A stretch of DNA of 64,000 bases from Escherichia coli (GCF_030384885.1 NZ_CP128613.1); one strand, 5' to 3'. Positions 10,537 to 21,922 are shown, numbered from the stretch's first letter. Notes: generated by a model not told the origin, from the sequence alone. A program made the numbers and translations.

Positions 10537-10860
10537 TGAATAAATCATCACTAATTCTATAAGTGTCTGGTCTTATTAAGAATATAGTTAATATGCAACC
10601 CTTTAGATTCACGATCTGAAGGGTTGAAACATGGCATACGTTCAAAGATTAACCCCCGTTTGAAGGTTAGCCTGTTAGTTACATTTAGTAACACATATCT
10701 GTCTGCTTAATCCCCATTCTGCCCCCGCGGTTACGCTTTCTTATCTATTCTTTCAATCAGCACTTCACCTAATTCATCCTTAATTCTAATAACTGGCTAT
10801 TGCGCCTTACCTCCTGTTTTGTCTTTTTTTCATTACCAATGTGTACATGTGAGGAACAAT

Positions 10861-12249
10861 ATGGCACTGCAAAATGAGAAAAATAGTCGTTATCTTTTGC
10901 GCGACTGGAAACCAGAAAACCCGGCCTTCTGGGAAAATAAAGGAAAGCATATTGCACGAAGAAACCTCTGGATATCAGTCAGTTGTCTACTTCTTGCCTT
11001 CTGTGTCTGGATGCTATTTAGCGCAGTTACTGTTAATCTCAATAAAATCGGTTTTAATTTCACTACCGATCAACTCTTTTTATTAACCGCATTACCCTCC
11101 GTTTCTGGCGCATTATTGCGTGTCCCCTACTCCTTTATGGTGCCTATATTTGGTGGACGCCGATGGACGGTTTTTAGTACTGCAATCCTGATTATTCCTT
11201 GCGTCTGGCTCGGAATTGCCGTGCAGAATACGAATACTCCTTTTGGGATATTTATCGTTATCGCTTTGCTATGCGGTTTTGCAGGTGCGAACTTTGCTTC
11301 GAGCATGGGCAATATCAGTTTCTTCTTCCCAAAAGCCAAACAAGGGAGCGCACTTGGGATTAATGGCGGATTAGGAAACTTAGGTGTAAGTGTGATGCAG
11401 CTGGTTGCGCCGCTGGTGATTTTTATCCCCGTATTTGCCTTTCTCGGCGTCAATGGCGTACCACAGGCCGACGGTTCGGTAATGTCGCTGGCGAATGCCG
11501 CATGGATTTGGGTGCCATTACTGGCGATTGCCACTATTGCCGCCTGGTTAGGGATGAATGATATCGCCAGTTCACGCGCGTCAATAGCCGATCAATTGCC
11601 TGTATTACAACGTCTGCATCTCTGGCTGCTCAGTCTTCTCTATCTCGCCACCTTCGGTTCGTTTATCGGTTTTTCTGCGGGTTTTGCCATGCTGGCGAAA
11701 ACCCAGTTCCCGGATGTGAATATTCTGCGTCTGGCGTTCTTTGGCCCATTTATCGGTGCCATCGCGCGGTCGGTTGGTGGTGCTATTTCCGATAAATTTG
11801 GCGGCGTGCGGGTGACGTTGATCAACTTCATTTTTATGGCGATTTTCAGCGCCCTGCTGTTCCTTACCTTACCGGGCACAGGCTCTGGTAATTTCATCGC
11901 ATTTTACGCCGTCTTTATGGGGCTGTTTCTGACCGCGGGTCTGGGAAGTGGTTCTACTTTCCAGATGATCGCCGTCATCTTTCGCCAGATAACGATTTAT
12001 CGCGTCAAGATGAAAGGCGGCAGCGATGAACAGGCTCAGCGGGAAGCGGTCACCGAAACGGCGGCAGCATTGGGCTTTATCTCAGCGATTGGCGCAGTTG
12101 GCGGCTTTTTTATTCCGCAGGCGTTTGGCATGTCGCTCAATATGACCGGCTCGCCGGTAGGTGCGATGAAAGTGTTTTTGATCTTCTACATCGTTTGTGT
12201 GCTGCTGACCTGGCTGGTTTATGGTCGGCGGAAGTTCAGCCAAAAATAA
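10861..12249 (+). CDS. narU: Nitrate/nitrite transporter (MFS, NarK family), 462 aa
   Basis: Starts MALQNEKNSRYLLRDWKPENPAFW with SD gagga upstream; the longer ORF-track start at 10819 is rejected. Confidence 0.9.
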   Translation: MALQNEKNSRYLLRDWKPENPAFWENKGKHIARRNLWISVSCLLLAFCVWMLFSAVTVNLNKIGFNFTTDQLFLLTALPSVSGALLRVPYSFMVPIFGGRRWTVFSTAILIIPCVWLGIAVQNTNTPFGIFIVIALLCGFAGANFASSMGNISFFFPKAKQGSALGINGGLGNLGVSVMQLVAPLVIFIPVFAFLGVNGVPQADGSVMSLANAAWIWVPLLAIATIAAWLGMNDIASSRASIADQLPVLQRLHLWLLSLLYLATFGSFIGFSAGFAMLAKTQFPDVNILRLAFFGPFIGAIARSVGGAISDKFGGVRVTLINFIFMAIFSALLFLTLPGTGSGNFIAFYAVFMGLFLTAGLGSGSTFQMIAVIFRQITIYRVKMKGGSDEQAQREAVTETAAALGFISAIGAVGGFFIPQAFGMSLNMTGSPVGAMKVFLIFYIVCVLLTWLVYGRRKFSQK

Positions 12250-12254
12250 GAGAT

Positions 12255-12310
12255 TGATGCCTGACGCGTCTTATCAGTCTTACAACCGTGTCGCATCCGA
12301 TAAGGCATCA
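12255..12310. repeat. REP-like palindromic element in the narU-narZ intergenic region
   Basis: tgatgcctgacgcgtcttatcag ... ccgataaggcatca inverted repeat of the REP type. Confidence 0.4.
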
Positions 12311-12344
12311 GATCCCAAATCATTCCTGGAGCAGGAGTTATGTT

Positions 12345-15300
12345 ATGAGTAAACTTTTGGACCGCTTTCGCTACTTCAAACAAAAGGGCGAAACATTTGC
12401 CGATGGTCACGGCCAGGTGATGCATAGCAACCGCGACTGGGAGGACAGCTATCGCCAGCGTTGGCAGTTCGACAAAATCGTGCGTTCCACTCACGGCGTT
12501 AACTGTACAGGCTCCTGTAGCTGGAAAATCTACGTTAAAAATGGCCTGGTGACCTGGGAAATCCAACAGACCGACTACCCGCGCACTCGCCCTGACCTGC
12601 CCAATCATGAACCTCGCGGCTGCCCGCGTGGCGCAAGTTACTCCTGGTATCTTTACAGCGCTAACCGCCTGAAATACCCGCTCATTCGTAAACGACTGAT
12701 TGAACTGTGGCGCGAAGCCCTCAAGAAACACAGCGATCCGGTACTGGCGTGGGCATCGATTATGAACGATCCGCAAAAGTGCCTGAGCTACAAACAAGTG
12801 CGTGGGCGTGGCGGCTTTATCCGCTCCAACTGGCAGGAGCTAAACCAGTTGATTGCCGCCGCTAACGTCTGGACCATCAAAACTTACGGTCCTGATCGCG
12901 TTGCCGGTTTCTCGCCGATTCCGGCGATGTCGATGGTTTCTTACGCCGCCGGAACACGCTATCTGTCGCTGTTAGGTGGCACCTGTTTAAGTTTCTATGA
13001 CTGGTATTGCGACCTGCCGCCTGCCTCGCCGATGACCTGGGGCGAGCAAACCGACGTGCCAGAATCTGCCGACTGGTATAACTCCAGCTATATCATCGCC
13101 TGGGGTTCTAACGTACCGCAAACGCGCACACCAGACGCCCACTTCTTTACCGAAGTACGTTACAAAGGTACCAAAACTATCGCCATTACCCCGGACTACT
13201 CTGAAGTAGCCAAATTGTGCGACCAGTGGCTGGCACCGAAACAAGGCACTGATAGCGCCCTGGCGATGGCAATGGGCCATGTGATTTTAAAAGAGTTCCA
13301 TCTCGATAATTCCAGCGACTATTTTATCAACTACTGCCGCCGCTACAGCGACATGCCGATGCTGGTAATGCTGGAACCTCGCGACGATGGTAGCTACGTT
13401 CCCGGGCGCATGATCCGCGCGTCTGACCTGGTAGATGGGCTGGGCGAAAGCAACAATCCGCAGTGGAAAACCGTAGCAGTTAATACAGCAGGTGAACTGG
13501 TGGTGCCGAACGGTTCGATTGGTTTTCGCTGGGGAGAAAAAGGCAAATGGAATCTGGAATCCATTGCCGCCGGTACGGAAACCGAATTGTCGTTAACTCT
13601 GCTCGGTCAACATGATGCCGTTGCAGGCGTGGCCTTCCCCTACTTTGGCGGCATTGAAAATCCGCATTTTCGCAGCGTAAAACACAATCCGGTCCTGGTG
13701 CGCCAATTGCCCGTTAAAAACCTGACATTAGCCGATGGCAACACCTGTCCGGTCGTCAGCGTTTATGATCTGGTACTGGCAAATTACGGCCTCGATCGCG
13801 GGCTGGAAGATGAAAACAGCGCGAAAGATTACGCTGAAATCAAACCTTACACCCCAGCCTGGGGCGAGCAAATTACCGGCGTACCGCGCCAGTACATTGA
13901 AACCATCGCCCGCGAATTTGCCGATACCGCCCATAAAACGCATGGGCGCTCGATGATTATCCTCGGTGCTGGCGTCAACCATTGGTATCACATGGACATG
14001 AACTACCGTGGGATGATCAACATGCTGATCTTCTGCGGTTGTGTCGGGCAAAGCGGTGGCGGCTGGGCACACTATGTCGGTCAGGAAAAACTGCGCCCGC
14101 AAACCGGCTGGCTGCCTCTGGCCTTTGCACTCGACTGGAACCGACCACCGCGCCAGATGAACAGCACCTCGTTTTTCTACAATCACTCCAGTCAATGGCG
14201 CTATGAAAAAGTCTCTGCTCAGGAGTTACTTTCACCGCTCGCCGATGCCAGTAAGTACAGCGGTCATCTGATTGATTTCAACGTTCGCGCCGAACGTATG
14301 GGCTGGCTACCTTCTGCGCCGCAACTGGGGCGTAACCCGCTCGGGATTAAAGCTGAAGCCGACAAGGCCGGATTATCCCCCACAGAATTAACCGCCCAGG
14401 CGCTGAAATCGGGCGATTTACGCATGGCCTGCGAACAACCCGATAGCGGCAGCAATCATCCGCGTAATTTGTTTGTCTGGCGCTCTAACCTGCTTGGCTC
14501 CTCCGGCAAAGGCCACGAATATATGCAGAAGTATCTGCTGGGAACCGAAAGTGGGATTCAGGGTGAGGAACTCGGTGCCAGCGACGGGATCAAACCAGAA
14601 GAAGTCGAGTGGCAAACTGCGGCGATTGAAGGCAAGCTCGACCTGCTGGTGACGCTCGACTTCCGTATGTCCAGTACCTGCCTGTTCTCCGATATCGTTC
14701 TGCCCACCGCCACCTGGTACGAAAAAGACGATATGAATACCTCAGATATGCATCCGTTTATTCATCCACTTTCTGCGGCGGTCGATCCGGCGTGGGAATC
14801 ACGCAGCGACTGGGAAATCTACAAAGGTATTGCCAAAGCATTTTCGCAAGTGTGCGTAGGGCATCTTGGCAAAGAAACCGACGTGGTATTACAACCCCTA
14901 CTGCATGACTCTCCGGCAGAACTCTCCCAGCCGTGTGAAGTGCTCGACTGGCGCAAAGGCGAATGCGATCTGATCCCGGGTAAAACCGCGCCCAATATTG
15001 TAGCGGTGGAACGCGACTACCCTGCTACCTATGATCGCTTTACCTCGCTCGGGCCATTGATGGACAAACTTGGCAACGGCGGTAAAGGGATTTCGTGGAA
15101 TACCCAGGATGAAATCGATTTCCTCGGCAAACTCAATTACACCAAGCGTGATGGCCCGGCACAGGGGCGACCGCTGATTGACACCGCCATTGATGCATCA
15201 GAAGTGATACTGGCGCTGGCACCGGAAACCAACGGTCATGTTGCAGTCAAAGCGTGGCAGGCGCTGGGCGAGATCACCGGACGCGAACATACCCATCTGG

Positions 15301-16085
15301 CGCTGCACAAAGAGGACGAAAAGATCCGCTTTCGCGATATTCAGGCGCAGCCGCGTAAAATTATCTCCAGCCCCACATGGTCCGGTCTGGAAAGCGATCA
15401 CGTCTCCTACAACGCCGGATACACCAACGTTCATGAGTTAATTCCGTGGCGCACGCTGTCGGGGCGCCAGCAGGTCTATCAGGATCATCCGTGGATGCGT
15501 GCCTTTGGTGAAAGCCTGGTGGCTTATCGTCCGCCTATCGACACGCGCAGCGTCAGCGAAATGCGCCAGATACCACCAAACGGCTTCCCGGAAAGAGCAC
15601 TTAACTTCCTGACGCCGCATCAGAAATGGGGCATTCACTCAACCTACAGTGAAAACCTGCTAATGCTGACGCTCTCTCGCGGTGGACCGATTGTCTGGAT
15701 CAGCGAAACCGATGCCCGTGAATTGACCATTGTCGATAACGACTGGGTGGAAGTGTTTAACGCCAACGGCGCGCTGACTGCCCGCGCGGTGGTCAGCCAA
15801 CGTGTACCGCCGGGTATGACCATGATGTATCACGCTCAGGAACGCATTATGAATATTCCTGGTTCGGAAGTAACCGGCATGCGCGGCGGCATTCATAACT
15901 CGGTCACCCGCGTTTGTCCGAAACCAACGCATATGATTGGCGGTTACGCGCAGCTGGCCTGGGGCTTTAACTACTACGGCACCGTCGGCTCGAACCGCGA
16001 CGAATTCATCATGATCCGCAAGATGAAGAACGTTAACTGGTTGGATGATGAAGGTCGCGATCAGGTACAGGAGGCGAAAAAATGA
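12345..16085 (+). CDS. narZ: Respiratory nitrate reductase Z alpha subunit (Mo-bisMGD), 1246 aa
   Basis: Starts MSKLLDRFRYFKQKGETFADGHGQ with SD ggagcaggag; start trimmed from the longer ORF; overlaps narY by 4 nt. Confidence 0.92.
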   Translation: MSKLLDRFRYFKQKGETFADGHGQVMHSNRDWEDSYRQRWQFDKIVRSTHGVNCTGSCSWKIYVKNGLVTWEIQQTDYPRTRPDLPNHEPRGCPRGASYSWYLYSANRLKYPLIRKRLIELWREALKKHSDPVLAWASIMNDPQKCLSYKQVRGRGGFIRSNWQELNQLIAAANVWTIKTYGPDRVAGFSPIPAMSMVSYAAGTRYLSLLGGTCLSFYDWYCDLPPASPMTWGEQTDVPESADWYNSSYIIAWGSNVPQTRTPDAHFFTEVRYKGTKTIAITPDYSEVAKLCDQWLAPKQGTDSALAMAMGHVILKEFHLDNSSDYFINYCRRYSDMPMLVMLEPRDDGSYVPGRMIRASDLVDGLGESNNPQWKTVAVNTAGELVVPNGSIGFRWGEKGKWNLESIAAGTETELSLTLLGQHDAVAGVAFPYFGGIENPHFRSVKHNPVLVRQLPVKNLTLADGNTCPVVSVYDLVLANYGLDRGLEDENSAKDYAEIKPYTPAWGEQITGVPRQYIETIAREFADTAHKTHGRSMIILGAGVNHWYHMDMNYRGMINMLIFCGCVGQSGGGWAHYVGQEKLRPQTGWLPLAFALDWNRPPRQMNSTSFFYNHSSQWRYEKVSAQELLSPLADASKYSGHLIDFNVRAERMGWLPSAPQLGRNPLGIKAEADKAGLSPTELTAQALKSGDLRMACEQPDSGSNHPRNLFVWRSNLLGSSGKGHEYMQKYLLGTESGIQGEELGASDGIKPEEVEWQTAAIEGKLDLLVTLDFRMSSTCLFSDIVLPTATWYEKDDMNTSDMHPFIHPLSAAVDPAWESRSDWEIYKGIAKAFSQVCVGHLGKETDVVLQPLLHDSPAELSQPCEVLDWRKGECDLIPGKTAPNIVAVERDYPATYDRFTSLGPLMDKLGNGGKGISWNTQDEIDFLGKLNYTKRDGPAQGRPLIDTAIDASEVILALAPETNGHVAVKAWQALGEITGREHTHLALHKEDEKIRFRDIQAQPRKIISSPTWSGLESDHVSYNAGYTNVHELIPWRTLSGRQQVYQDHPWMRAFGESLVAYRPPIDTRSVSEMRQIPPNGFPERALNFLTPHQKWGIHSTYSENLLMLTLSRGGPIVWISETDARELTIVDNDWVEVFNANGALTARAVVSQRVPPGMTMMYHAQERIMNIPGSEVTGMRGGIHNSVTRVCPKPTHMIGGYAQLAWGFNYYGTVGSNRDEFIMIRKMKNVNWLDDEGRDQVQEAKK

Positions 16086-17626
16086 AAATACGTTCGCAAG
16101 TCGGCATGGTGCTTAACCTCGATAAATGTATCGGCTGCCATACCTGTTCGGTGACCTGTAAAAACGTCTGGACCGGACGCGAAGGCATGGAGTACGCATG
16201 GTTTAACAACGTCGAAACCAAACCGGGCATTGGTTATCCGAAAAACTGGGAAGATCAGGAAGAGTGGCAAGGCGGCTGGGTGCGTGATGTGAATGGCAAG
16301 ATACGCCCGCGTCTGGGCAGCAAGATGGGGGTGATTACCAAAATCTTCGCCAACCCGGTGGTGCCGCAGATTGACGATTACTACGAACCTTTCACCTTCG
16401 ACTACGAACATTTGCATAGCGCGCCAGAAGGTAAACACATTCCTACTGCCCGCCCACGTTCGCTGATTGACGGCAAACGGATGGACAAAGTGATCTGGGG
16501 GCCAAACTGGGAAGAATTGTTGGGCGGCGAATTCGAAAAACGCGCCCGTGACCGCAACTTCGAGGCCATGCAAAAGGAGATGTACGGGCAGTTTGAAAAC
16601 ACCTTCATGATGTACCTGCCGCGCCTGTGCGAACACTGCCTCAATCCCAGTTGCGTGGCGACCTGCCCAAGCGGCGCTATCTACAAACGCGAAGAAGACG
16701 GCATTGTGCTGATCGATCAGGATAAATGCCGTGGCTGGCGTTTGTGCATTAGCGGTTGTCCGTACAAAAAAATCTACTTCAACTGGAAAAGCGGCAAGTC
16801 AGAAAAATGCATCTTCTGTTACCCACGAATTGAGTCAGGCCAACCCACCGTGTGCTCAGAAACCTGCGTGGGTCGCATCCGGTATCTGGGCGTGCTGCTT
16901 TACGACGCCGACAGCATCGAGGAAGCGGCGAGCACCGAGCGCGAAGTTGACCTCTATGAACGCCAGTGCGAAGTGTTCCTCGATCCGCACGATCCCTCAG
17001 TGATCGAAGAAGCCCTGAAACAAGGTATTCCACAAAACGTGATTGAAGCTGCCCAGCGTTCGCCAGTCTACAAAATGGCGATGGACTGGAAACTGGCGCT
17101 ACCGCTGCACCCTGAATATCGCACCCTGCCGATGGTCTGGTACGTACCGCCGCTGTCACCAATTCAGTCTTACGCCGATGCGGGCGGCCTGCCAAAAAGC
17201 GAAGGTGTGCTTCCCGCTATCGAAAGCCTACGTATACCGGTGCAATATCTCGCCAATATGTTGAGTGCGGGCGATACCGGTCCGGTGCTGCGGGCACTAA
17301 AACGGATGATGGCGATGCGCCACTATATGCGTTCACAAACCGTGGAAGGCGTTACCGATACCCGCGCCATTGACGAAGTAGGCCTGAGCGTCGCCCAGGT
17401 CGAAGAGATGTATCGCTACCTTGCCATCGCCAACTATGAAGATCGTTTTGTCATTCCAACCAGTCATCGGGAAATGGCGGGCGATGCCTTCGCAGAACGC
17501 AACGGCTGCGGCTTCAGCTTTGGCGACGGTTGCCACGGCTCGGACAGCAAATTCAACCTGTTCAACAGTAGCCGTATCGATGCCATCAACATCACCGAAG
17601 TGCGCGACAAAGCGGAGGGCGAATAA
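16082..17626 (+). CDS. narY: Nitrate reductase Z beta subunit (Fe-S), 514 aa
   Basis: Four Cys clusters (CIGCHTCSVTC and others) and operon position. Confidence 0.92.
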   Translation: MKIRSQVGMVLNLDKCIGCHTCSVTCKNVWTGREGMEYAWFNNVETKPGIGYPKNWEDQEEWQGGWVRDVNGKIRPRLGSKMGVITKIFANPVVPQIDDYYEPFTFDYEHLHSAPEGKHIPTARPRSLIDGKRMDKVIWGPNWEELLGGEFEKRARDRNFEAMQKEMYGQFENTFMMYLPRLCEHCLNPSCVATCPSGAIYKREEDGIVLIDQDKCRGWRLCISGCPYKKIYFNWKSGKSEKCIFCYPRIESGQPTVCSETCVGRIRYLGVLLYDADSIEEAASTEREVDLYERQCEVFLDPHDPSVIEEALKQGIPQNVIEAAQRSPVYKMAMDWKLALPLHPEYRTLPMVWYVPPLSPIQSYADAGGLPKSEGVLPAIESLRIPVQYLANMLSAGDTGPVLRALKRMMAMRHYMRSQTVEGVTDTRAIDEVGLSVAQVEEMYRYLAIANYEDRFVIPTSHREMAGDAFAERNGCGFSFGDGCHGSDSKFNLFNSSRIDAINITEVRDKAEGE

Positions 17627-18321
17627 TGCAGATCCTCAAAGTGATCGGCCTGTTGATGGAGTATCCGGACGAGCTGTTGTGGGAATGTAAGGAGGACGCG
17701 CTGGCGTTGATCCGCCGCGACGCGTCGATGCTCACCGATTTTGCACTCGACCTGCTCAACGCGCCGCTGCTGGATAAACAGGCCGAATGGTGTGAAGTGT
17801 TCGACCGCGGGCGCACCACGTCGCTGCTGCTGTTCGAACATGTTCATGCCGAATCCCGCGATCGAGGCCAGGCAATGGTGGACCTGCTGGCGGAGTATGA
17901 AAAGGTCGGTCTGCAACTGGATTGTCGGGAACTGCCTGATTATCTGCCGCTGTACCTGGAGTACTTAAGTGTGCTGCCGGACGATCAGGCAAAAGAAGGA
18001 TTACTCAACGTTGCGCCGATCCTCGCCCTGCTTGGCGGACGCTTAAAACAACGCGAGACACCGTGGTACGCGTTATTTGACGCCCTTTTGCAACTGGCAG
18101 GAAGTCCCCTGTCAAGTGACAGTGTCACAAAACAAATTCGTAGTGAAGAGCGTGACGACACCCGCCAGGCGCTGGATGCGGTGTGGGAAGAAGAACAGGT
18201 GAAGTTTATTGAAGATAACGCCACGGCGTGTGACAGCTCGCCGCTTAATCAATATCAGCGACGCTTTAGCCAGGATGTCGCGCCGCAGTACGTCGACATC
18301 AGTGCGGGAGGTGGGAAATGA
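17626..18321 (+). CDS. narW: Nitrate reductase Z assembly chaperone (delta), 231 aa
   Basis: Start overlaps the narY stop (ATAATGCAG); NarJ-like. Confidence 0.9.
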
Positions 18322-18998
18322 TTCAGTATCTGAACGTCTTTTTTTACGATATCTACCCGTACATTTGTGCGACCGTGTTTTTCCTTGGCAGCTGGCTGCG
18401 CTATGACTACGGGCAGTACACCTGGCGCGCCTCCTCGAGCCAGATGCTCGATAAACGCGGGATGGTGATATGGTCGAATCTGTTCCATATCGGCATTCTG
18501 GGGATCTTCTTCGGTCATCTGTTCGGCATGTTAACACCGCACTGGATGTACGCGTGGTTTTTACCAGTGGCAGCGAAACAACTGATGGCAATGGTGCTCG
18601 GCGGTATTTGCGGCGTGTTGACGTTGATTGGCGGTGCAGGACTGCTGTGGCGCAGGCTGACAAATCAGCGTGTGCGTGCTACTTCCACCACGCCGGATAT
18701 CATCATCATGAGCATATTGCTGATCCAATGTTTGTTGGGGCTAAGTACCATACCGTTTTCAGCACAGTATCCTGATGGTAGCGAAATGATGAAGCTGGTG
18801 GGTTGGGCGCAAAGCATTGTCACTTTCCGTGGAGGATCGTCAGAAATGCTTAACGGCGTAGCGTTCGTCTTCCGCCTGCATCTGGTATTGGGAATGACCA
18901 TCTTCCTGCTCTTTCCGTTCACCCGACTGGTGCATGTGTGGAGCGCGCCTTTTGAGTACTTTACTCGTCGGTACCAGATTGTGCGCTCGCGGCGATAA
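18318..18998 (+). CDS. narV: Nitrate reductase Z gamma subunit (cytochrome b), 226 aa
   Basis: Overlaps narW stop by 4 nt; hydrophobic heme b subunit. Confidence 0.9.
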
Positions 18999-19077
18999 TT
19001 CTCCCCCTGGCCGGATAGTCCTTCGCTCTCCGGCCACTTGCAGGCTATGATAGTTCTCCAGCCACAGGAGAACGTTA

Positions 19078-19971
19078 ATGAAACCGCAGGTTTATCACGT
19101 CGATGCTTTTACCTCACAACCGTTTCGCGGCAATTCTGCCGGTGTTGTTTTCCCCGCCGATAATCTCAGTGAAGCGCAAATGCAGCTTATTGCCCGGGAG
19201 CTAGGCCATTCGGAAACTGCTTTTCTGCTGCACAGCGACGACAGCGATGTGCGCATCCGCTACTTTACGCCAACGGTTGAAGTACCGATTTGTGGTCACG
19301 CGACAGTAGCTGCGCACTATGTACGTGCAAAGGTGTTAGGTTTAGGAAATTGCACGGTCTGGCAAACGTCACTGGCAGGAAAACATCGCGTGACTATCGA
19401 AAAGCACAACGATGATTATCGTATTTCGCTGGAACAAGGTACGCCGGGCTTTGAGCCACCGCTGGAAGGTGAAACACGTGCGGCGATTATCAACGCGCTT
19501 CATCTCACTGAGGACGATATTCTGCCAGGCTTGCCAATTCAGGTGGCAACCACAGGACACTCAAAAGTGATGATCCCACTGAAATCTGAAGTGGATATCG
19601 ACGCCCTTTCGCCTGACCTTGCTGCGCTGACCGCAATCAGCAAGCAGAATGGCTGCAATGGTTTCTTCCCTTTCCAGATCCGCCCTGGCAAAAATGAAAC
19701 TGATGGTCGCATGTTCTCACCTGCGATTGGTATTGTGGAAGATCCGGTGACCGGGAATGCCAATGGACCGATGGGCGCATGGTTAGTACATCACAACTTA
19801 CTACCCCACGATGGCAGCGTGTTGCGTGTTAAAGGCCATCAGGGGCGCGCACTGGGGCGTGACGGCGTGATTGATGTGACGGTGACAATTCGAGATAACC
19901 AACCGGAGAAAGTCACCATTTCTGGCACAGCGGTGATTCTTTTCCATGCTGAATGGGCCATTGATTTTTGA
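19078..19971 (+). CDS. yddE: PhzF-family isomerase-like protein, 297 aa
   Basis: Length and sequence (MKPQVYHVDAFTSQPFRGN) with conserved neighbourhood. Confidence 0.85.
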   Translation: MKPQVYHVDAFTSQPFRGNSAGVVFPADNLSEAQMQLIARELGHSETAFLLHSDDSDVRIRYFTPTVEVPICGHATVAAHYVRAKVLGLGNCTVWQTSLAGKHRVTIEKHNDDYRISLEQGTPGFEPPLEGETRAAIINALHLTEDDILPGLPIQVATTGHSKVMIPLKSEVDIDALSPDLAALTAISKQNGCNGFFPFQIRPGKNETDGRMFSPAIGIVEDPVTGNANGPMGAWLVHHNLLPHDGSVLRVKGHQGRALGRDGVIDVTVTIRDNQPEKVTISGTAVILFHAEWAIDF

Positions 19972-19979
19972 TACCGTTG

Positions 19980-20058
19980 CCTGATGCGCTTCGCTTATCA
20001 GGCCTACAACCGGGCTAATGTGGGCCGGTTGTAGGCGTTTACGCCGCATCCGGCCCCT
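19980..20058. repeat. REP/BIME cluster between convergent yddE and nhoA
   Basis: tgcctgatgcgcttcgcttatcaggcctacaa and gtaggcgtttacgccgcatccggcc, classic REP consensus pieces. Confidence 0.7.
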
Positions 20059-20066
20059 GGCACAAA

Positions 20067-20912
20067 CTATTTCCCCGCCTCCGGATGCGTATCAAACGCC
20101 GCCATCACCAACGCCAGTTCATCCACAGTAAAGCCATGCTTTGCGTCATCTACGCCCAGACCAAACTGCTCCTGCATCACGGCATATAACGACGCCACAT
20201 CCGGTAGATTTCGCTGCTCCACTGCATGTCCATTTTCATAATGGGTGAAATGAAAATTGGTCAGTGTCAGTTTGCCACCGTCCGGCAAATGGCGGCACAT
20301 CAGCAAATGATGGCGAAAATGCGATTGCGGCCAGTGCGCCGACCAGAAATTCCCCATCACATAATCACTTTGTTGTTGTTCACAGAGATCAAAACGGTAC
20401 ATCGACTGCCAGTGCTGATGATGATTAAACTGCAACACCCAATCATCACCCTCCTGTAACAACCGATACTCTCCGTGTGGCGTGATCTGCACGAGATCGG
20501 GAACTAAACGAATCGGCGCGGTTAGCGTCTGTCCACCGAAACCGACATCAGCAATCCATTTTTCCCCTTCCAGTTCCACCAACAACAAACGATGGGTGCG
20601 CGGCGGTAATGCTGGCGGATTTGATAACACTACGCGCCCTAACAAGCTGCGAACGTTAAACCCCAGCTCGCGTAACACCCGCTCAAACACGCCATTCTGC
20701 TCAAAACAGTAACCGCCACGATGGGCTGTCACCAGTTTCTCTTCCAGCGATTGATCATCAAGCTGTATTTCCCTCGGCAGCAAAACGTCGAGGTTTTCAA
20801 ACGGAATGGTGCAATTGTGTTTCAGGTGTAATGCACGAAGCGTATCGATATTGACCGCAGCAGCTCCCGACCAGTTAATGCGGGCAAAATAATGATTCAG
20901 AATGGGCGTCAT
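20067..20912 (-). CDS. nhoA: Arylamine N-acetyltransferase / N-hydroxyarylamine O-acetyltransferase, 281 aa
   Basis: Length and sequence (MTPILNHYFARINWSG; Cys in GGYCFEQN). Confidence 0.88.
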   Translation of the reverse strand: MTPILNHYFARINWSGAAAVNIDTLRALHLKHNCTIPFENLDVLLPREIQLDDQSLEEKLVTAHRGGYCFEQNGVFERVLRELGFNVRSLLGRVVLSNPPALPPRTHRLLLVELEGEKWIADVGFGGQTLTAPIRLVPDLVQITPHGEYRLLQEGDDWVLQFNHHQHWQSMYRFDLCEQQQSDYVMGNFWSAHWPQSHFRHHLLMCRHLPDGGKLTLTNFHFTHYENGHAVEQRNLPDVASLYAVMQEQFGLGVDDAKHGFTVDELALVMAAFDTHPEAGK

Positions 20913-21086
20913 CAGGCGTTTCCGTTTGTGGTTTTCTCAATTTATAACCTGGAATAGACGCCGCACCGGCTATTTTGTGCGATCGCGGACATGCATCACG
21001 TTCGCAAATCGCCAATCCCGTTAATTTCGTTACTTATTGCGTTACGAGCTACGCTTTTAAAACACCCTTCTTAGCGAGGCGATACC

Positions 21087-21656
21087 GTGAGCCGATTCAT
21101 CCCTGTCGAATTACACCATGCCAGCCGTCTGTTAAATCATGGCCCCACAGTTTTGATAACCAGTTTCGATGATAAATCTCAGCGACGTAATGTGATGGCT
21201 GCGGCCTGGTCGATGCCGGTAGAGTTTGAACCGCCACGTGTGGCGATAGTGGTAGATAAATCGACATGGACCAGGGAGTTGATTGAGCGTAACGGTAAAT
21301 TTGGCATCGTTATCCCGGGCGTTGCGGCGACTAACTGGACGTGGGCGGTGGGAAGTGTGTCGGGTCGTGAAGAAGATAAATTTAATTGCTATGGCATTCC
21401 GGTTGTGAAAGGTCCGGTGCTTGGATTGCCGCTGATTGAAGAAAAATGTCTGGCATGGATGGAGTGTCGATTGCTACCAGCGACTTCTGCGCAAGAAAAA
21501 TACGATACGCTATTTGGCGAAGTGGTATCGGCAGCGGCAGACGCACGAGTATTTGTCGAAGGCCGCTGGCAGTTTGATGATGACAAACTCAATACACTAC
21601 ATCATTTAGGTGCTGGCACGTTTGTTACCAGCGGCAAGCGAGTCACCGCGGGCTAA
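21087..21656 (+). CDS. yddH: Flavin reductase-like domain protein, 189 aa, GTG start
   Basis: Sequence and neighbourhood match. Confidence 0.8.
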   Translation: MSRFIPVELHHASRLLNHGPTVLITSFDDKSQRRNVMAAAWSMPVEFEPPRVAIVVDKSTWTRELIERNGKFGIVIPGVAATNWTWAVGSVSGREEDKFNCYGIPVVKGPVLGLPLIEEKCLAWMECRLLPATSAQEKYDTLFGEVVSAAADARVFVEGRWQFDDDKLNTLHHLGAGTFVTSGKRVTAG

Positions 21657-21721
21657 AGAATCATATGCAGCAACCAAGTTGCTTAAGCAATTTTCCATAT
21701 GAGTTAAAAACATATTTTATC

Positions 21722-21922
21722 TCACGATTGCATATTTTTAGTGAAGATTAATTTATCCTCACCAACATCATAGTAATTGCGTATTATCGCCTCATTGATA
21801 AAGCCCTGTTTTGTATAAAATGCGCGGGCGGCACTAAAATCGACATGGCTGGAGGTCTCTACTAAAAGTAGTCTTGCGTGATTGGGACAAGTCAAGAAAA
21901 AGCAGTTTTGCAGTTTTTTATT
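21722..21922 (-). pseudogene. C-terminal remnant of a GNAT-family acetyltransferase (about 66 codons, no credible start)
   Basis: Hand translation of the minus strand gives ...ARLLLVETSSHVDFSAARAFYTKQGFINEAIIRNYYDVGEDKLIFTKNMQS*, bounded upstream by an in-frame TGA; GNAT motif-B-like (FYTKQGF). Confidence 0.4.

Noticed and set aside
10819-10860. N-terminal extensions of narU (from 10819) and narZ (from 12288) in the ORF track
   Set aside because: Internal ATGs at 10861 and 12345 have good Shine-Dalgarno sequences and give the expected protein N-termini; the extensions start at weak or alternative codons.
12219-12797. 192-aa minus-strand ORF at the narZ 5' end, and similar antisense ORFs inside narZ/narY/narW/narV (for example 13728-14195, 16061-16636, 17464-17916, 18112-18663)
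   Set aside because: All are embedded antisense in the nitrate reductase operon genes, which have strong protein-level identity; treated as spurious.
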